A DNA stretch of 64,000 nt from a virus, in IMG/VR virus record IMGVR_UViG_3300025695_000007, positions 1 to 64,000 of that record; one strand, given 5' to 3'. Numbering within the stretch: position 1 is the first letter of the stretch; each line of letters starts with the position of its first letter. The notes beneath the pieces were generated by a model, which saw only the letters and a list, made by a program, of their open reading frames with translations, did no database searches and was not told where the DNA came from. The translations under genes were made by a program, and so were the position numbers. Positions 37,243 to 46,743 of the stretch are shown piece after piece.

Positions 37243-40200
37243 TCTTCAATTCCTCTACTTCAGCTTTTAATTCTTTAATTGCTTCTATTAATAAACCTAC
37301 TAAATTACCATAAGCAAGTGTTAGAGTGCCATCTTCTGTATGTCCTACAGCTTCTGGTAATATCTTCAATACGTCTTGTGCAATAAGTCCTGTTTGGCTT
37401 TCTCCTGTATCTATACGGTCAAATGTGTAACCTGTTAGTGCAGATACTTTCTCTAAAGCATTTGGTATTACCTCTAAATTTTGCTTTAGTTTAACATCTG
37501 AATAAGCAGTGATATTACCTCCAGCAGTAATAGCTCCACCAACAACTAAATTTAGAGCGAATAAACCTGTTCCATCTGATTGCAAAGTTATGCCGGTATC
37601 GTTATACCCTCCTCCAAAATAAGCACTTCCATCTACGGTTAAGCTACCGTTAAACGATCCAGAGCCCGTGCTAGATATTGTGACCCCGCTACTGCCATAT
37701 CCTCCTGCAAATGTTGAAGTACTACCAGAAGAAAATGTTCCTTTTACTATAACATTTCCATCGAACGATCCAGAGCCCGTGCTAGATAGTGTGACGCCGC
37801 TGCTGCCATAGCCTCCTCCAACATTAAGACTTGTTGGATTAAAACTCCCTGCTGTTATACTTCCATCTACGATCAGATTTCCATTAAACGATCCAGATCC
37901 CGTATCAGATATTGTAACCCCGCTACTACCGTATCCTCCCGCAAAATTAGTTGTAGAGTATGTATCGAAAATACCGTCTACTCTAGCGGTTCCACGAAAA
38001 TGTGAGGTAGTCTTAGTAAGAGTAGTTCCGTCATAAAAAGAACCTCCACCAATATAAATTTGACCTCCAGTTGCAACTTCAAGAGTAGGTAATCCATTTT
38101 GTCTAACAAGAAAAGCTGAAGTACCTTCACCAATTTTTACCACCATATCATTGTTATCGGCCCAAGAAGCAGTGGAATTTTTGTAGAAAGACGCAACAAT
38201 TCCGCTGGTAGAGGCAAAAGCTGCTGCAGATGTAGAAGAAGTTCCTGCAGTAGATATAGCCACAAGAGCCGTAGAGTTAGTAGTATCTGTAGTCGTAAAT
38301 AAGCCCGCAGTAGTATAGTTAGTGCTCTCTACAGCTATACCAGTGGTCGATAGCCCAAAAGAATAATCTGTCTCAACTGTTCTAACCCCACTTTTTATTT
38401 TATCTACGGTTAAAGTATTGGTTTGTATAAATCCGCCATCTATTTGGGTTACAGTAGCTCCATTATACTCTAATTCATTTGATCCTCCAGTACCTGTTCC
38501 AGAGCTAAAGGTTACAACGCCTGCAAAATTATGTCCTAAAGTAGCGGAATCAATGCTTAGCCCTGTACTTGTAGAATTTGCAGTAGTTTCCAAAGCTTTC
38601 CATCTACGTACATAGTATTGTGCGCTGGTACCTGCCCCCATTTCTGGAGGTATAGTGTTCCATTGAGTACTACCTGTGCCTATATTTGTACCTGAAACAG
38701 CTCCTGTACTCCATGTATAAATACCGCTCGGAGTAGTTGCAGGAGTTCCTGCAGATTGATAATATAAGTACCCCTCTGCTCTTCTTAGCCCATTTGCTCC
38801 TGTAGCTCCCGGTAGCCCATTTGTTCCTGCACTAGATTTACTAAAAGTTTGTTTTTGAGTACCAGTAACTAAGTTCTCTATATTAAGTGTATAAGTAATT
38901 AGTGCGGTATCGGCAGTCATGTTACTATGATCACCAATTGTAAACGGGTTACCAGTAACACTTGTAGTTCCTGCAGTAATATTACTTGCACTTACACTTA
39001 CAGAAAATTGTCCTGCAGCAGGTGTACCTGTAACACTATTTAATTCTACGCCACCTTTATATACTTCTATAGAAGTTCCCGATTCAGAATAAGTACTAAC
39101 AGTTCCAGAACTGTCAGCTGTAAAAGAGTGAGCTGCATTGGTCATAACTACCGTATAACCATCTATACCATCGTCGCCGTCTACCCCATCGGCCACGTAA
39201 AATATAGATATAGTATCAAAAGCTATTTCAGTCGTAGGAGCTGCAGCCTCTGCTACTCCTACACGAATGCTTAAAGGATTCCCTGCCCAACCAGAAGATA
39301 GACTTGGAATAGTATAACTAAATGTATCAGAATCTCCTGTTCCATCAGTATAAGAGGTTTCGTCAGTTATACCGTCTCCTGTAAACTTAAAGTAAGGGTC
39401 TGTAAAGTTTGAAGCAGTTGCAGTAAATGTTAAAGTGCCGCTAGGAGAAGGATTTGCTCCTGTATCATCATAAACTACAGAGTAGTCATTAGAAGTTAAA
39501 CGAACTAACTTTCCTGCCCCGCCTGCTGCTCCGTCTTTTACAAAAGGTATAGTAATATCTGCAGTAGACTGTTTGTTTGTATTACTTTCATCTAGTTCTT
39601 CCGCTACTGTGACAGAGAATACTAAGTCGGTTAAACTATACTCATCTACTTTATCAAGAGTTTTTGTAGCTACAAAGTTCGTTCCAGCAGAAAATACAGT
39701 ATCTGCTGTCTGAGATATTTCAGAATTATCAAACCCGGTTCCTGTAAATTTAAACACAGGATTTTTATACCCAAAAGCAGTAGCAGTTAATATTAAATTA
39801 GTATAGTTAGTAGTGAGTACTTCATCCCCATCAAAATTAAGGAAAGTAGGATTTACAGTAAGTATAACATTTCTAGGAGACTTGCCTAAATCTGGATTTA
39901 TAGCTAAATTTATAGGGTACGCCTTAAAAGTCCCGCTGTCATTTCTAACTGAATAAATAACAGAATCATCATTCTTATTAAATCTAAATTCATTTCTATA
40001 TGCTTCTACGGAAGATATAGCAGTAGAAAAGCTCTTATCTATACGAACATCTGTGGCTGAAGCAATATAAACTACTTTAGCTGCTTGAGTGCTGCTAAAC
40101 TTAATAATATCTCCGACCTGAAGAGAAGTATCAAAACCACTACCAGTAACTTTATTTGAGTCTGCAGATACACTTACTGTTCCTATAGAAGTCCAGTTAC

Positions 40201-43200
40201 TTGTGTGCGTAGTATTTCCTGTTCCTGCGTTATAGAAATATCCATACCCTAAGTCTTGGTCTTTGTAGTATTTAATCAGCTTGAGTGGATCAGTATCGTC
40301 TCCATCAATCATTATGTAATGAGAAGCAAGCTCTGCCTCATCATTCGTAAAGGTAGAGAAATCTAAAGAAGGTATAGTACTACAATCCTGAGTATACTCA
40401 GTTACAGGAATACCATCAAACGTTCTTACTAATTGAGGATTGCCTATAGGGGATAAAGAGTATGCCTTATCCTCTAAAGTAAAAGTACCTACAGAAGTTA
40501 CAAATGCAGGAGACGATAAAACTCCTCCCAAAGCCATGCCAAACACTCGAGGAACGGCTTGGCGTGCAGGATCCTCTATAGTGAAGGTTGTTTTTGTAGT
40601 ATCTGATCTTCTTCCGTTTTGGGCTACTGTACGAACTGCAAGCGTAAAAGTACCTATCGGTAAATCTAACCCTGATAAGCTAGTTTGATTTCTAGAAACT
40701 TTAAGAGTAGTAGGGAACCCAGGAATATTACCTGAAACCTCAAAATAATCTATATAATCATAAACATTACCGTTTGAGTCTAGGGGGTTGTCCCAACTTA
40801 AAATAACGTCATCTTTTAGTTGCCCAGAATTTAAATCACTAATTATTACATAAGCATTACGAGGCGCAGGAATACTTTCCGTCGAATCAGGAGGACTGAA
40901 AACAGGGTCTTGAGTAGATAATACAAAATTATCGTCTACAGCCGCATATTTTTCATTATAAAACTCTACTGCAGTAATTCCATAAATGTTCTTAGACTCT
41001 TCAGATATAGAAAGAATCTTATACATTTTTTTAGAGCCTTCTACTTCTACGCCAGAAATACTTTCTTTCAATACCCAAACACTTTCTGCGCTTGGAGTAG
41101 TAGAGAACGCACCACTAACAGTAAGAGAAGTTATTCCCGTGCCAGAAGCTGTAGAAACTGTTTGAGTCTCTACATTTGTATAAGGCTTCCAAGTTACGTC
41201 TACATAATCACCACTATCGTCGAGTATATTACTCGCCTCATTTTCTGTATCAATAGTTGCACCCTCGATTACATCTCCACGAGAGTAGGAAACGGTTCCA
41301 ATAGTAGCAGATTCTTGAGCAAGAGTAGCAACGCTATCAGTAAACAGTACACTAAGTTCATAGTCTGAGCCAGAGTTTAGCTCAATCTCACGATCCAAAG
41401 GTATTGTTGTAGTGTTACGAGTACCTGTATTACTAACTCGTCCACTATATTTTAAATTGCCTGGATAACGATCAGAGTCTTGAACATTGATAATATCCCC
41501 CGGAGCTATAAACGCTGCATTGATTGCTGTCTTGAAAGATACAAGCTCAGTTTGATTAACAGCCGTCCACAGTTTCCAACGACCATATCGAAGTGCTTGA
41601 CCTTCAGTAGTTGCGCCAAAAGCTACTGCTTCTTCAGAGATAATTCTACCAGTGTTAATAATATTGTCACGATCTTCTACTATTAGATTCTCTAGCTTAT
41701 AGTTTGCTGCAGGGTTATTCCAAGTTACAACTATTTGATTTGCACGAGTTTTACTGCCAGTAGTCTCATATCCAAATGCTCCATCAATAACATTTGATTT
41801 TGAGAAGTTATAAATAGGATCGCCAGGCTGGTCAGTAACAGTATAAACCTCACCATCCATCCAATAGATCATGCTTCGGAATACAGTGGCTAAGTCTTTT
41901 ACTATTTTATAAGCATCAGACGCCTGCGTAAAGTAAACATTTGTAGTAAATCGAGGCTCAAAACCACCTGCCCCGTCAGGAACGAGTTCATCACAGTATC
42001 GTGCAATTCGATAAAGAGCGTATTTATCAATCTCATCTTCATTCAACCAATCTCCAAGACCATAACGATTGTTTGTAAGAATATCGTAGAATACCCAAGC
42101 AGGATTGTTTGTATAAACTTTATCCGCACGGAAATTTCCATCCCAGTCTTGATAAGATGAAGTGATAGCACCCGTAGATACGTTTCGATTGTATGTAGCA
42201 GTACTGTTTACACCTTCATCTCTCGTAACATAGTTTGAAGGTACTTTTACTTTTATGCCCTTACAGTGGTAAGTTCGAGTAGGAACATTCTGAAAATCTT
42301 TTGAGTTTATTCTTACTTTTGCCATTGCAGTAAGAGGATAAGAAAGATTTTCTTTAATAATACTATTTAAAGAGGTAATTGAACCATCAGACTGAGTAGT
42401 ATAATTAGTATTTACAGTATTTGTTCCAGCATTGTAGGCTTGGTCGTTATTTGTAGTACGTGTTATCTTTACCTTAAAATCTGTAAAAGGCTGGTACTGT
42501 CGCATATCTATTATTTCTTCAAATATGCGAGGAGCGTTACTTTGAGCTAAGTGCTCAACATTTTGAGTTATATTTTGGTAAGCCCCAAAAGCACCATCTC
42601 TCTCTACTGCAACATACATATTGTATCGTACAGTTGCTGCTGTCTGCTCACCTTTTTCGTTACGATTCCATAGCTGCCCGTATGTAAAAGTTACTCGAAC
42701 TTCATCTACTTCTTCTGCTTGAGCTGTTGTAAGTCCAAAGCCAGAAGCAGACGTACCTGTGTACTCTACAGTAGGATTATCTGTTTCTCCAGTGTCTGCA
42801 TAAAGAACAGGGCTAAAAGGAGAAAAAGAGCCTCCAGGTCCTAATGCTATAGAGCCTACGCCTGTTCCTGCAGCATCTGAAAAAGCAGGCTGTATTAAGT
42901 TACCGTTTCTAAACTGTACATCAAAGCTGTTGTGTTTTGAACCACTAGATACTCGATCAATAAGAGAAACTGTCTCATAGCTTGTACCGCTCAAATCACA
43001 CTTATAACTACCAGTATTACCTGGAAAATTAGAGGCAAGAGTTAAAGTATTCGAAGATATAGAGCTTACTTGAAACTTTCCATCAACAACTACAGTATAT
43101 GTTCCGTTTGATAGAGCAGGATTAAGATCCATGCCAGGTAAAGGAATACATTTAGCCACTGTACTAGAAGTATAACTTTCTACGTATCCTTCAAATACCG

Positions 43201-44374
43201 TGCTTGAGTTTGAGTCCAATAGACGAATTATTGCTACTTGAGCAAAGTTTGTTCTATCATACTCCATTGCAGCAGTAAATATTCCAGTACTGGAAGTAAT
43301 TGTTACAGAGTTTGCAGACCCCGTTACTGAACTACGAACAACAGAAGCTGAGCTCGAGCCATAGTTTCTTACAATAATAAACTTAGTACCATTTTCAGTA
43401 TCGGCTTCTATATCTTTAGTATGCCCATTTCTATCGATAGTTACAGAAGTGCTATTAAGTGTAAAGTCAAACTCTACTGGAGTTTCTGATAATCTTACAA
43501 AACTTTGTGCAGTTACTTGGGCAGGGTCGTCATTTAGAAATACAGAAGTACCTCCATCTACGAGTCCATAGATAGGGCCTTCTGAGATGATATCAGTAAA
43601 AAGAATGTCTTGGCTATTTCTAGATGCAGTTACGCCTGTTATAGGATCTATTACTTGGCTTATATTTCCGCCGTTTCTCTCCATCTGGTCTTCGAAGTAT
43701 CCTTCTATATCACCTTTTGGAAGATTTATTATTTCTCCATTGTATGTTATGGTATTGTCACTAGACGTGATTCTCTTTGACCCATGAATCATTTCAAAAG
43801 ATACAGGATATCCAGGAACACGAAGCTCTCCATAAAGAAGAGGAATAGGCATACCTTCGACAATGTTTTGTTCTGCTCCATTAAATAAGTAGCCTTCATC
43901 TTCTTGATCTACTGCAGGGTCAGGAGCCATAAGTTGCTGAATGCCAGTTATAGCTAGGTTTGTTGCTAAAGCAAGAGCAGCATTTGCCAAAGTGGCAGGT
44001 ACCCAACTAGTAGTGACAGAGGTCATATAGGTATAAAGACTCATTCCTCCAGTTGGTATAAATAGTATTGCAGCAATCAATGCTGCTGTAAGAATCTTGG
44101 CTCCCCCAGATTTAGAACCGGCAGCAATAGGAGTAATAATTATATCGCCTTCACGAAGAGGCAGTAAACATTCTAAGGGCGAGTCAAGTTCCTGTCCGCC
44201 AACTTCAATATGAAAACCAATATCACACTCAGCAGCATCTATAAAATATTTCTTAAGTCCAGGCTTATTTGCATCTAGTAGACGCAGGGCATCCTTAACG
44301 CTATCTCCATAAAAAGAGTGCTGTGCTCCAAATTTTAAAGCGAGTTCGCCTTCAAGATAAATGCTACGTTTCAT
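37226..44374 (-). CDS. Tail tip / central fibre: lambda gpI-like + gpJ-like + fibre + peptidase S74 chaperone
   Basis: gpI-like N-terminus (LEGELALKFG...GMPIPLLYGE); gpJ motifs (ISEGPIYGL, YTNNPAWVFYDILTNNRYGLG, YCDELVPDG..EPRF, GQALRYGRW); C-terminal YSDVKLK...GLIAQDV. Confidence 0.88.
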   Translation of the reverse strand: MKRSIYLEGELALKFGAQHSFYGDSVKDALRLLDANKPGLKKYFIDAAECDIGFHIEVGGQELDSPLECLLPLREGDIIITPIAAGSKSGGAKILTAALIAAILFIPTGGMSLYTYMTSVTTSWVPATLANAALALATNLAITGIQQLMAPDPAVDQEDEGYLFNGAEQNIVEGMPIPLLYGELRVPGYPVSFEMIHGSKRITSSDNTITYNGEIINLPKGDIEGYFEDQMERNGGNISQVIDPITGVTASRNSQDILFTDIISEGPIYGLVDGGTSVFLNDDPAQVTAQSFVRLSETPVEFDFTLNSTSVTIDRNGHTKDIEADTENGTKFIIVRNYGSSSASVVRSSVTGSANSVTITSSTGIFTAAMEYDRTNFAQVAIIRLLDSNSSTVFEGYVESYTSSTVAKCIPLPGMDLNPALSNGTYTVVVDGKFQVSSISSNTLTLASNFPGNTGSYKCDLSGTSYETVSLIDRVSSGSKHNSFDVQFRNGNLIQPAFSDAAGTGVGSIALGPGGSFSPFSPVLYADTGETDNPTVEYTGTSASGFGLTTAQAEEVDEVRVTFTYGQLWNRNEKGEQTAATVRYNMYVAVERDGAFGAYQNITQNVEHLAQSNAPRIFEEIIDMRQYQPFTDFKVKITRTTNNDQAYNAGTNTVNTNYTTQSDGSITSLNSIIKENLSYPLTAMAKVRINSKDFQNVPTRTYHCKGIKVKVPSNYVTRDEGVNSTATYNRNVSTGAITSSYQDWDGNFRADKVYTNNPAWVFYDILTNNRYGLGDWLNEDEIDKYALYRIARYCDELVPDGAGGFEPRFTTNVYFTQASDAYKIVKDLATVFRSMIYWMDGEVYTVTDQPGDPIYNFSKSNVIDGAFGYETTGSKTRANQIVVTWNNPAANYKLENLIVEDRDNIINTGRIISEEAVAFGATTEGQALRYGRWKLWTAVNQTELVSFKTAINAAFIAPGDIINVQDSDRYPGNLKYSGRVSNTGTRNTTTIPLDREIELNSGSDYELSVLFTDSVATLAQESATIGTVSYSRGDVIEGATIDTENEASNILDDSGDYVDVTWKPYTNVETQTVSTASGTGITSLTVSGAFSTTPSAESVWVLKESISGVEVEGSKKMYKILSISEESKNIYGITAVEFYNEKYAAVDDNFVLSTQDPVFSPPDSTESIPAPRNAYVIISDLNSGQLKDDVILSWDNPLDSNGNVYDYIDYFEVSGNIPGFPTTLKVSRNQTSLSGLDLPIGTFTLAVRTVAQNGRRSDTTKTTFTIEDPARQAVPRVFGMALGGVLSSPAFVTSVGTFTLEDKAYSLSPIGNPQLVRTFDGIPVTEYTQDCSTIPSLDFSTFTNDEAELASHYIMIDGDDTDPLKLIKYYKDQDLGYGYFYNAGTGNTTHTSNWTSIGTVSVSADSNKVTGSGFDTSLQVGDIIKFSSTQAAKVVYIASATDVRIDKSFSTAISSVEAYRNEFRFNKNDDSVIYSVRNDSGTFKAYPINLAINPDLGKSPRNVILTVNPTFLNFDGDEVLTTNYTNLILTATAFGYKNPVFKFTGTGFDNSEISQTADTVFSAGTNFVATKTLDKVDEYSLTDLVFSVTVAEELDESNTNKQSTADITIPFVKDGAAGGAGKLVRLTSNDYSVVYDDTGANPSPSGTLTFTATASNFTDPYFKFTGDGITDETSYTDGTGDSDTFSYTIPSLSSGWAGNPLSIRVGVAEAAAPTTEIAFDTISIFYVADGVDGDDGIDGYTVVMTNAAHSFTADSSGTVSTYSESGTSIEVYKGGVELNSVTGTPAAGQFSVSVSASNITAGTTSVTGNPFTIGDHSNMTADTALITYTLNIENLVTGTQKQTFSKSSAGTNGLPGATGANGLRRAEGYLYYQSAGTPATTPSGIYTWSTGAVSGTNIGTGSTQWNTIPPEMGAGTSAQYYVRRWKALETTANSTSTGLSIDSATLGHNFAGVVTFSSGTGTGGSNELEYNGATVTQIDGGFIQTNTLTVDKIKSGVRTVETDYSFGLSTTGIAVESTNYTTAGLFTTTDTTNSTALVAISTAGTSSTSAAAFASTSGIVASFYKNSTASWADNNDMVVKIGEGTSAFLVRQNGLPTLEVATGGQIYIGGGSFYDGTTLTKTTSHFRGTARVDGIFDTYSTTNFAGGYGSSGVTISDTGSGSFNGNLIVDGSITAGSFNPTSLNVGGGYGSSGVTLSSTGSGSFDGNVIVKGTFSSGSTSTFAGGYGSSGVTISSTGSGSFNGSLTVDGSAYFGGGYNDTGITLQSDGTGLFALNLVVGGAITAGGNITAYSDVKLKQNLEVIPNALEKVSALTGYTFDRIDTGESQTGLIAQDVLKILPEAVGHTEDGTLTLAYGNLVGLLIEAIKELKAEVEELKNDSSN
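37590..37945 (-). repeat. About four GGYGSSGVT(I/L)SxTGSGSFxG coding repeats in the distal fibre
   Basis: Visible in the protein; AACGATCCAGAGCCCGTGCTAGATA occurs twice in the DNA. Confidence 0.85.
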
Positions 44375-45053
44375 ATCTGTATATTCCAGTTAAGTACTTT
44401 TTCCATAAAGGATATAAATTTTCTCTACAAGAAAGTCTATTTACGGCATGATGAAAGAAAATATCATTACCAGTGTAGACCCCGCAATGGTTGGGAACCG
44501 AAGCTCCCATTGTAAATATCAATAAATCATTGGGCTGTAAGTTTTCTACTTTACTAAATCCCCATTCTTGAATATGTTCGTCTGTAAAGTAGTTATGCCC
44601 GTGTTCCCACCAATCATCTAAGTAGGGTAATCTGTTCTGTAATTCTAAACCTAAGTACTCTTTGTAATAGTCCTTACACGCCTCAAGACAGTCAAACTTA
44701 CCAAACTCATACTCTCGTCCTATTAAAGGATTGACTTTTACTTTTGGTTCCAGTATATTTAATTTCATATCTGGATAGCTAAAAATATAGTAAGGTATTC
44801 CTAAAGAATTACAGTATTTTTTATCGTTCTCACTTGCTTCATTCGTCCAGTCTATATGGTTATGGACTATTGCGAAAATATCCGCCCGCCTCTTTACTGA
44901 AATATAGTCTGTAGGATCAAGTACAAAGTCTTCGTCTTCTTCTGCTAAATTTTTACAAGGAAAATATTGCTTTTTACCTTTTACTATTGCAATTATACCA
45001 CAAGCCTCTCGTGGAAATTCTCCCCTAAAGTGCTCCTGAATCTCATCAATCAT
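44364..45053 (-). CDS. Tail tip assembly protein K-like (JAB + NlpC/P60)
   Basis: PREACG, IVHNH, GREYEFGKFDC, NHCGVY, FFHH. Confidence 0.9.
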   Translation of the reverse strand: MIDEIQEHFRGEFPREACGIIAIVKGKKQYFPCKNLAEEDEDFVLDPTDYISVKRRADIFAIVHNHIDWTNEASENDKKYCNSLGIPYYIFSYPDMKLNILEPKVKVNPLIGREYEFGKFDCLEACKDYYKEYLGLELQNRLPYLDDWWEHGHNYFTDEHIQEWGFSKVENLQPNDLLIFTMGASVPNHCGVYTGNDIFFHHAVNRLSCRENLYPLWKKYLTGIYRYET

Positions 45054-46051
45054 CTAAACTTTCGGCTTCCTATAAATGCTCCAAAAGGTAATATTTTGCC
45101 AGTATTTTTCTCGGTAGAAGGATCTGAATTACTACCACTGGGAGACTGAGGTTTAAATTGGAATCTACATTTACATGAAGATAGTTTTTTACCGCACACA
45201 TCTCCCTTCGACCAATAAATAGAGTTTAATCCAGGGGCGTTGCCTGTGCTAGCAAGATTGCATTTCCATACTGTTATTTGATTTCCATCGTCATACTCTA
45301 CGTACTGTCCCGCAGAATAAGCGGTTCCAGCAGAATAAGTAGTATAAGTTTTATATTGTCCGGCTGTCCAACCTGTCATAGTAGAACCTGCAGGAACTAT
45401 GGGCTCGTCATCTTCTGTAAAATATGCCTTGTGCGTATTGACCCCGCCAGCGCCATCTGCATAAGAAACCACACTATTCTTATCCCAAATACAGCCGCCT
45501 TTTTGTGCTAAACTATAACCTTGATATTGCCAAGAACAGTACTTTCCTATAACCTTTCTATTAGGTAAAGTTATTCCTGATAGATCATAAGGAGCTGCTA
45601 GTTCATAAGTTACTGCAGTATTACTTTCTCCAGAGATTCTATCAATAATAAACTTACGAATAGGAAACTCTACGGGCGGACTAGCGTCCCCTATTTCTCC
45701 TACTAAGTATTTTTTAAGAGTAGTGCGTTTTGTAACTCTTTCGCCTACAAGATTCTCTGCTTTAATATTACCTATTGCTGCTGAGAAAGTATTTGCTACA
45801 TTTGCAACTGTTAGACTAGGTCGATTAATAGCTCCATCAGCACCTAACTCTACCCCGTCCATTACAATTGGAAACGCAACATACTCTCTTATAGTATAAG
45901 GACTAGTACGATCTCTAAACTGTACAGTACTTAAATCTTCTTCTAAGCCTGAGTGAAAGTATAGAGTTGTGCCTTCTATAGTAATCTCATAAAGCTCTAC
46001 TAGCTCACTTCCAGGTTCTTGTAGTTGTATTACTTCAATTAACTCGCTCAT
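45050..46051 (-). CDS. Minor tail protein L-like
   Basis: RPSLTVAN, YELAAPYDL, CSWQY...C, DVCGKKLSSCKCRF, LPFGAF Cys pattern. Confidence 0.9.
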   Translation of the reverse strand: MSELIEVIQLQEPGSELVELYEITIEGTTLYFHSGLEEDLSTVQFRDRTSPYTIREYVAFPIVMDGVELGADGAINRPSLTVANVANTFSAAIGNIKAENLVGERVTKRTTLKKYLVGEIGDASPPVEFPIRKFIIDRISGESNTAVTYELAAPYDLSGITLPNRKVIGKYCSWQYQGYSLAQKGGCIWDKNSVVSYADGAGGVNTHKAYFTEDDEPIVPAGSTMTGWTAGQYKTYTTYSAGTAYSAGQYVEYDDGNQITVWKCNLASTGNAPGLNSIYWSKGDVCGKKLSSCKCRFQFKPQSPSGSNSDPSTEKNTGKILPFGAFIGSRKFR

Positions 46052-46440
46052 GCTTCATATACTCGTCTAAAAGTTGCTGATACTGAATAAAATCCATCAT
46101 GCTGGTAACTTTGACTATAGTTTTGACAAACTACTTTAATTGCTAATTCTCCACCGACAGCGTTATCATCTGGTATTGTATAAGTAAAAGAAGTAACTCC
46201 TTTTAAAGATGCAAAGTATCCAGTAATACCATCAATCTCTGCTGCAGTACGATTATTAAACGTCACACTAAAAGTTTCGTCTATAGAATTAATACCGTCA
46301 GCAAGACGTTGCTCATAGCCATCTCCAAACTTAGCCACAAGTACACGAGGGGTAGACTGTCTTCCAATACCCCTGTCGGGCAGTATTTCTAATTCTCCCC
46401 CGACAGCGTTCTCATCTGGTATTTTAAATCCTAGTGCCAT
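46048..46440 (-). CDS. Minor tail protein M-like (distal tail)
   Basis: AKFGDGYEQRLADGIN...SATFRRVYE. Confidence 0.9.
   Translation of the reverse strand: MALGFKIPDENAVGGELEILPDRGIGRQSTPRVLVAKFGDGYEQRLADGINSIDETFSVTFNNRTAAEIDGITGYFASLKGVTSFTYTIPDDNAVGGELAIKVVCQNYSQSYQHDGFYSVSATFRRVYEA
46143..46423. repeat. 35-bp direct repeat inside gpM (46143-46177 and 46389-46423)
   Basis: 33 of 35 bases identical, 246 bp apart, same frame. Confidence 0.9.
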
Positions 46441-46458
46441 TTTGTTACTCCCTGTAGG

Positions 46459-46743
46459 TTACTTACCTATACTTTCTTTTTGATACCTTAAATCAGTTTG
46501 TATTATTAAAACTTGTTTTTGCAAATCTATTACTTGTTCTTCAAGTTTTCTAATGTCTGGAAATACATAATTGTTTTGATTGCTTCTAAGGCTTTTTGTT
46601 TCATCATAATTATTATCAATTTTTTCCATCACAGTTGCATACCCCCAAGTAGCAACCGACACTATAGCAAGAATTTGTATTAACCAGACTATGCTTATAG
46701 TGATTTCTGACTTATCATTAAGTTCAGGTGGCTTTGATGTCAT
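46459..46743 (-). CDS. Hypothetical single-TM coiled-coil protein
   Basis: ITISIVWLIQILAIVSVATWGY helix; TAATG coupling to the tape measure gene. Confidence 0.65.
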   Translation of the reverse strand: MTSKPPELNDKSEITISIVWLIQILAIVSVATWGYATVMEKIDNNYDETKSLRSNQNNYVFPDIRKLEEQVIDLQKQVLIIQTDLRYQKESIGK

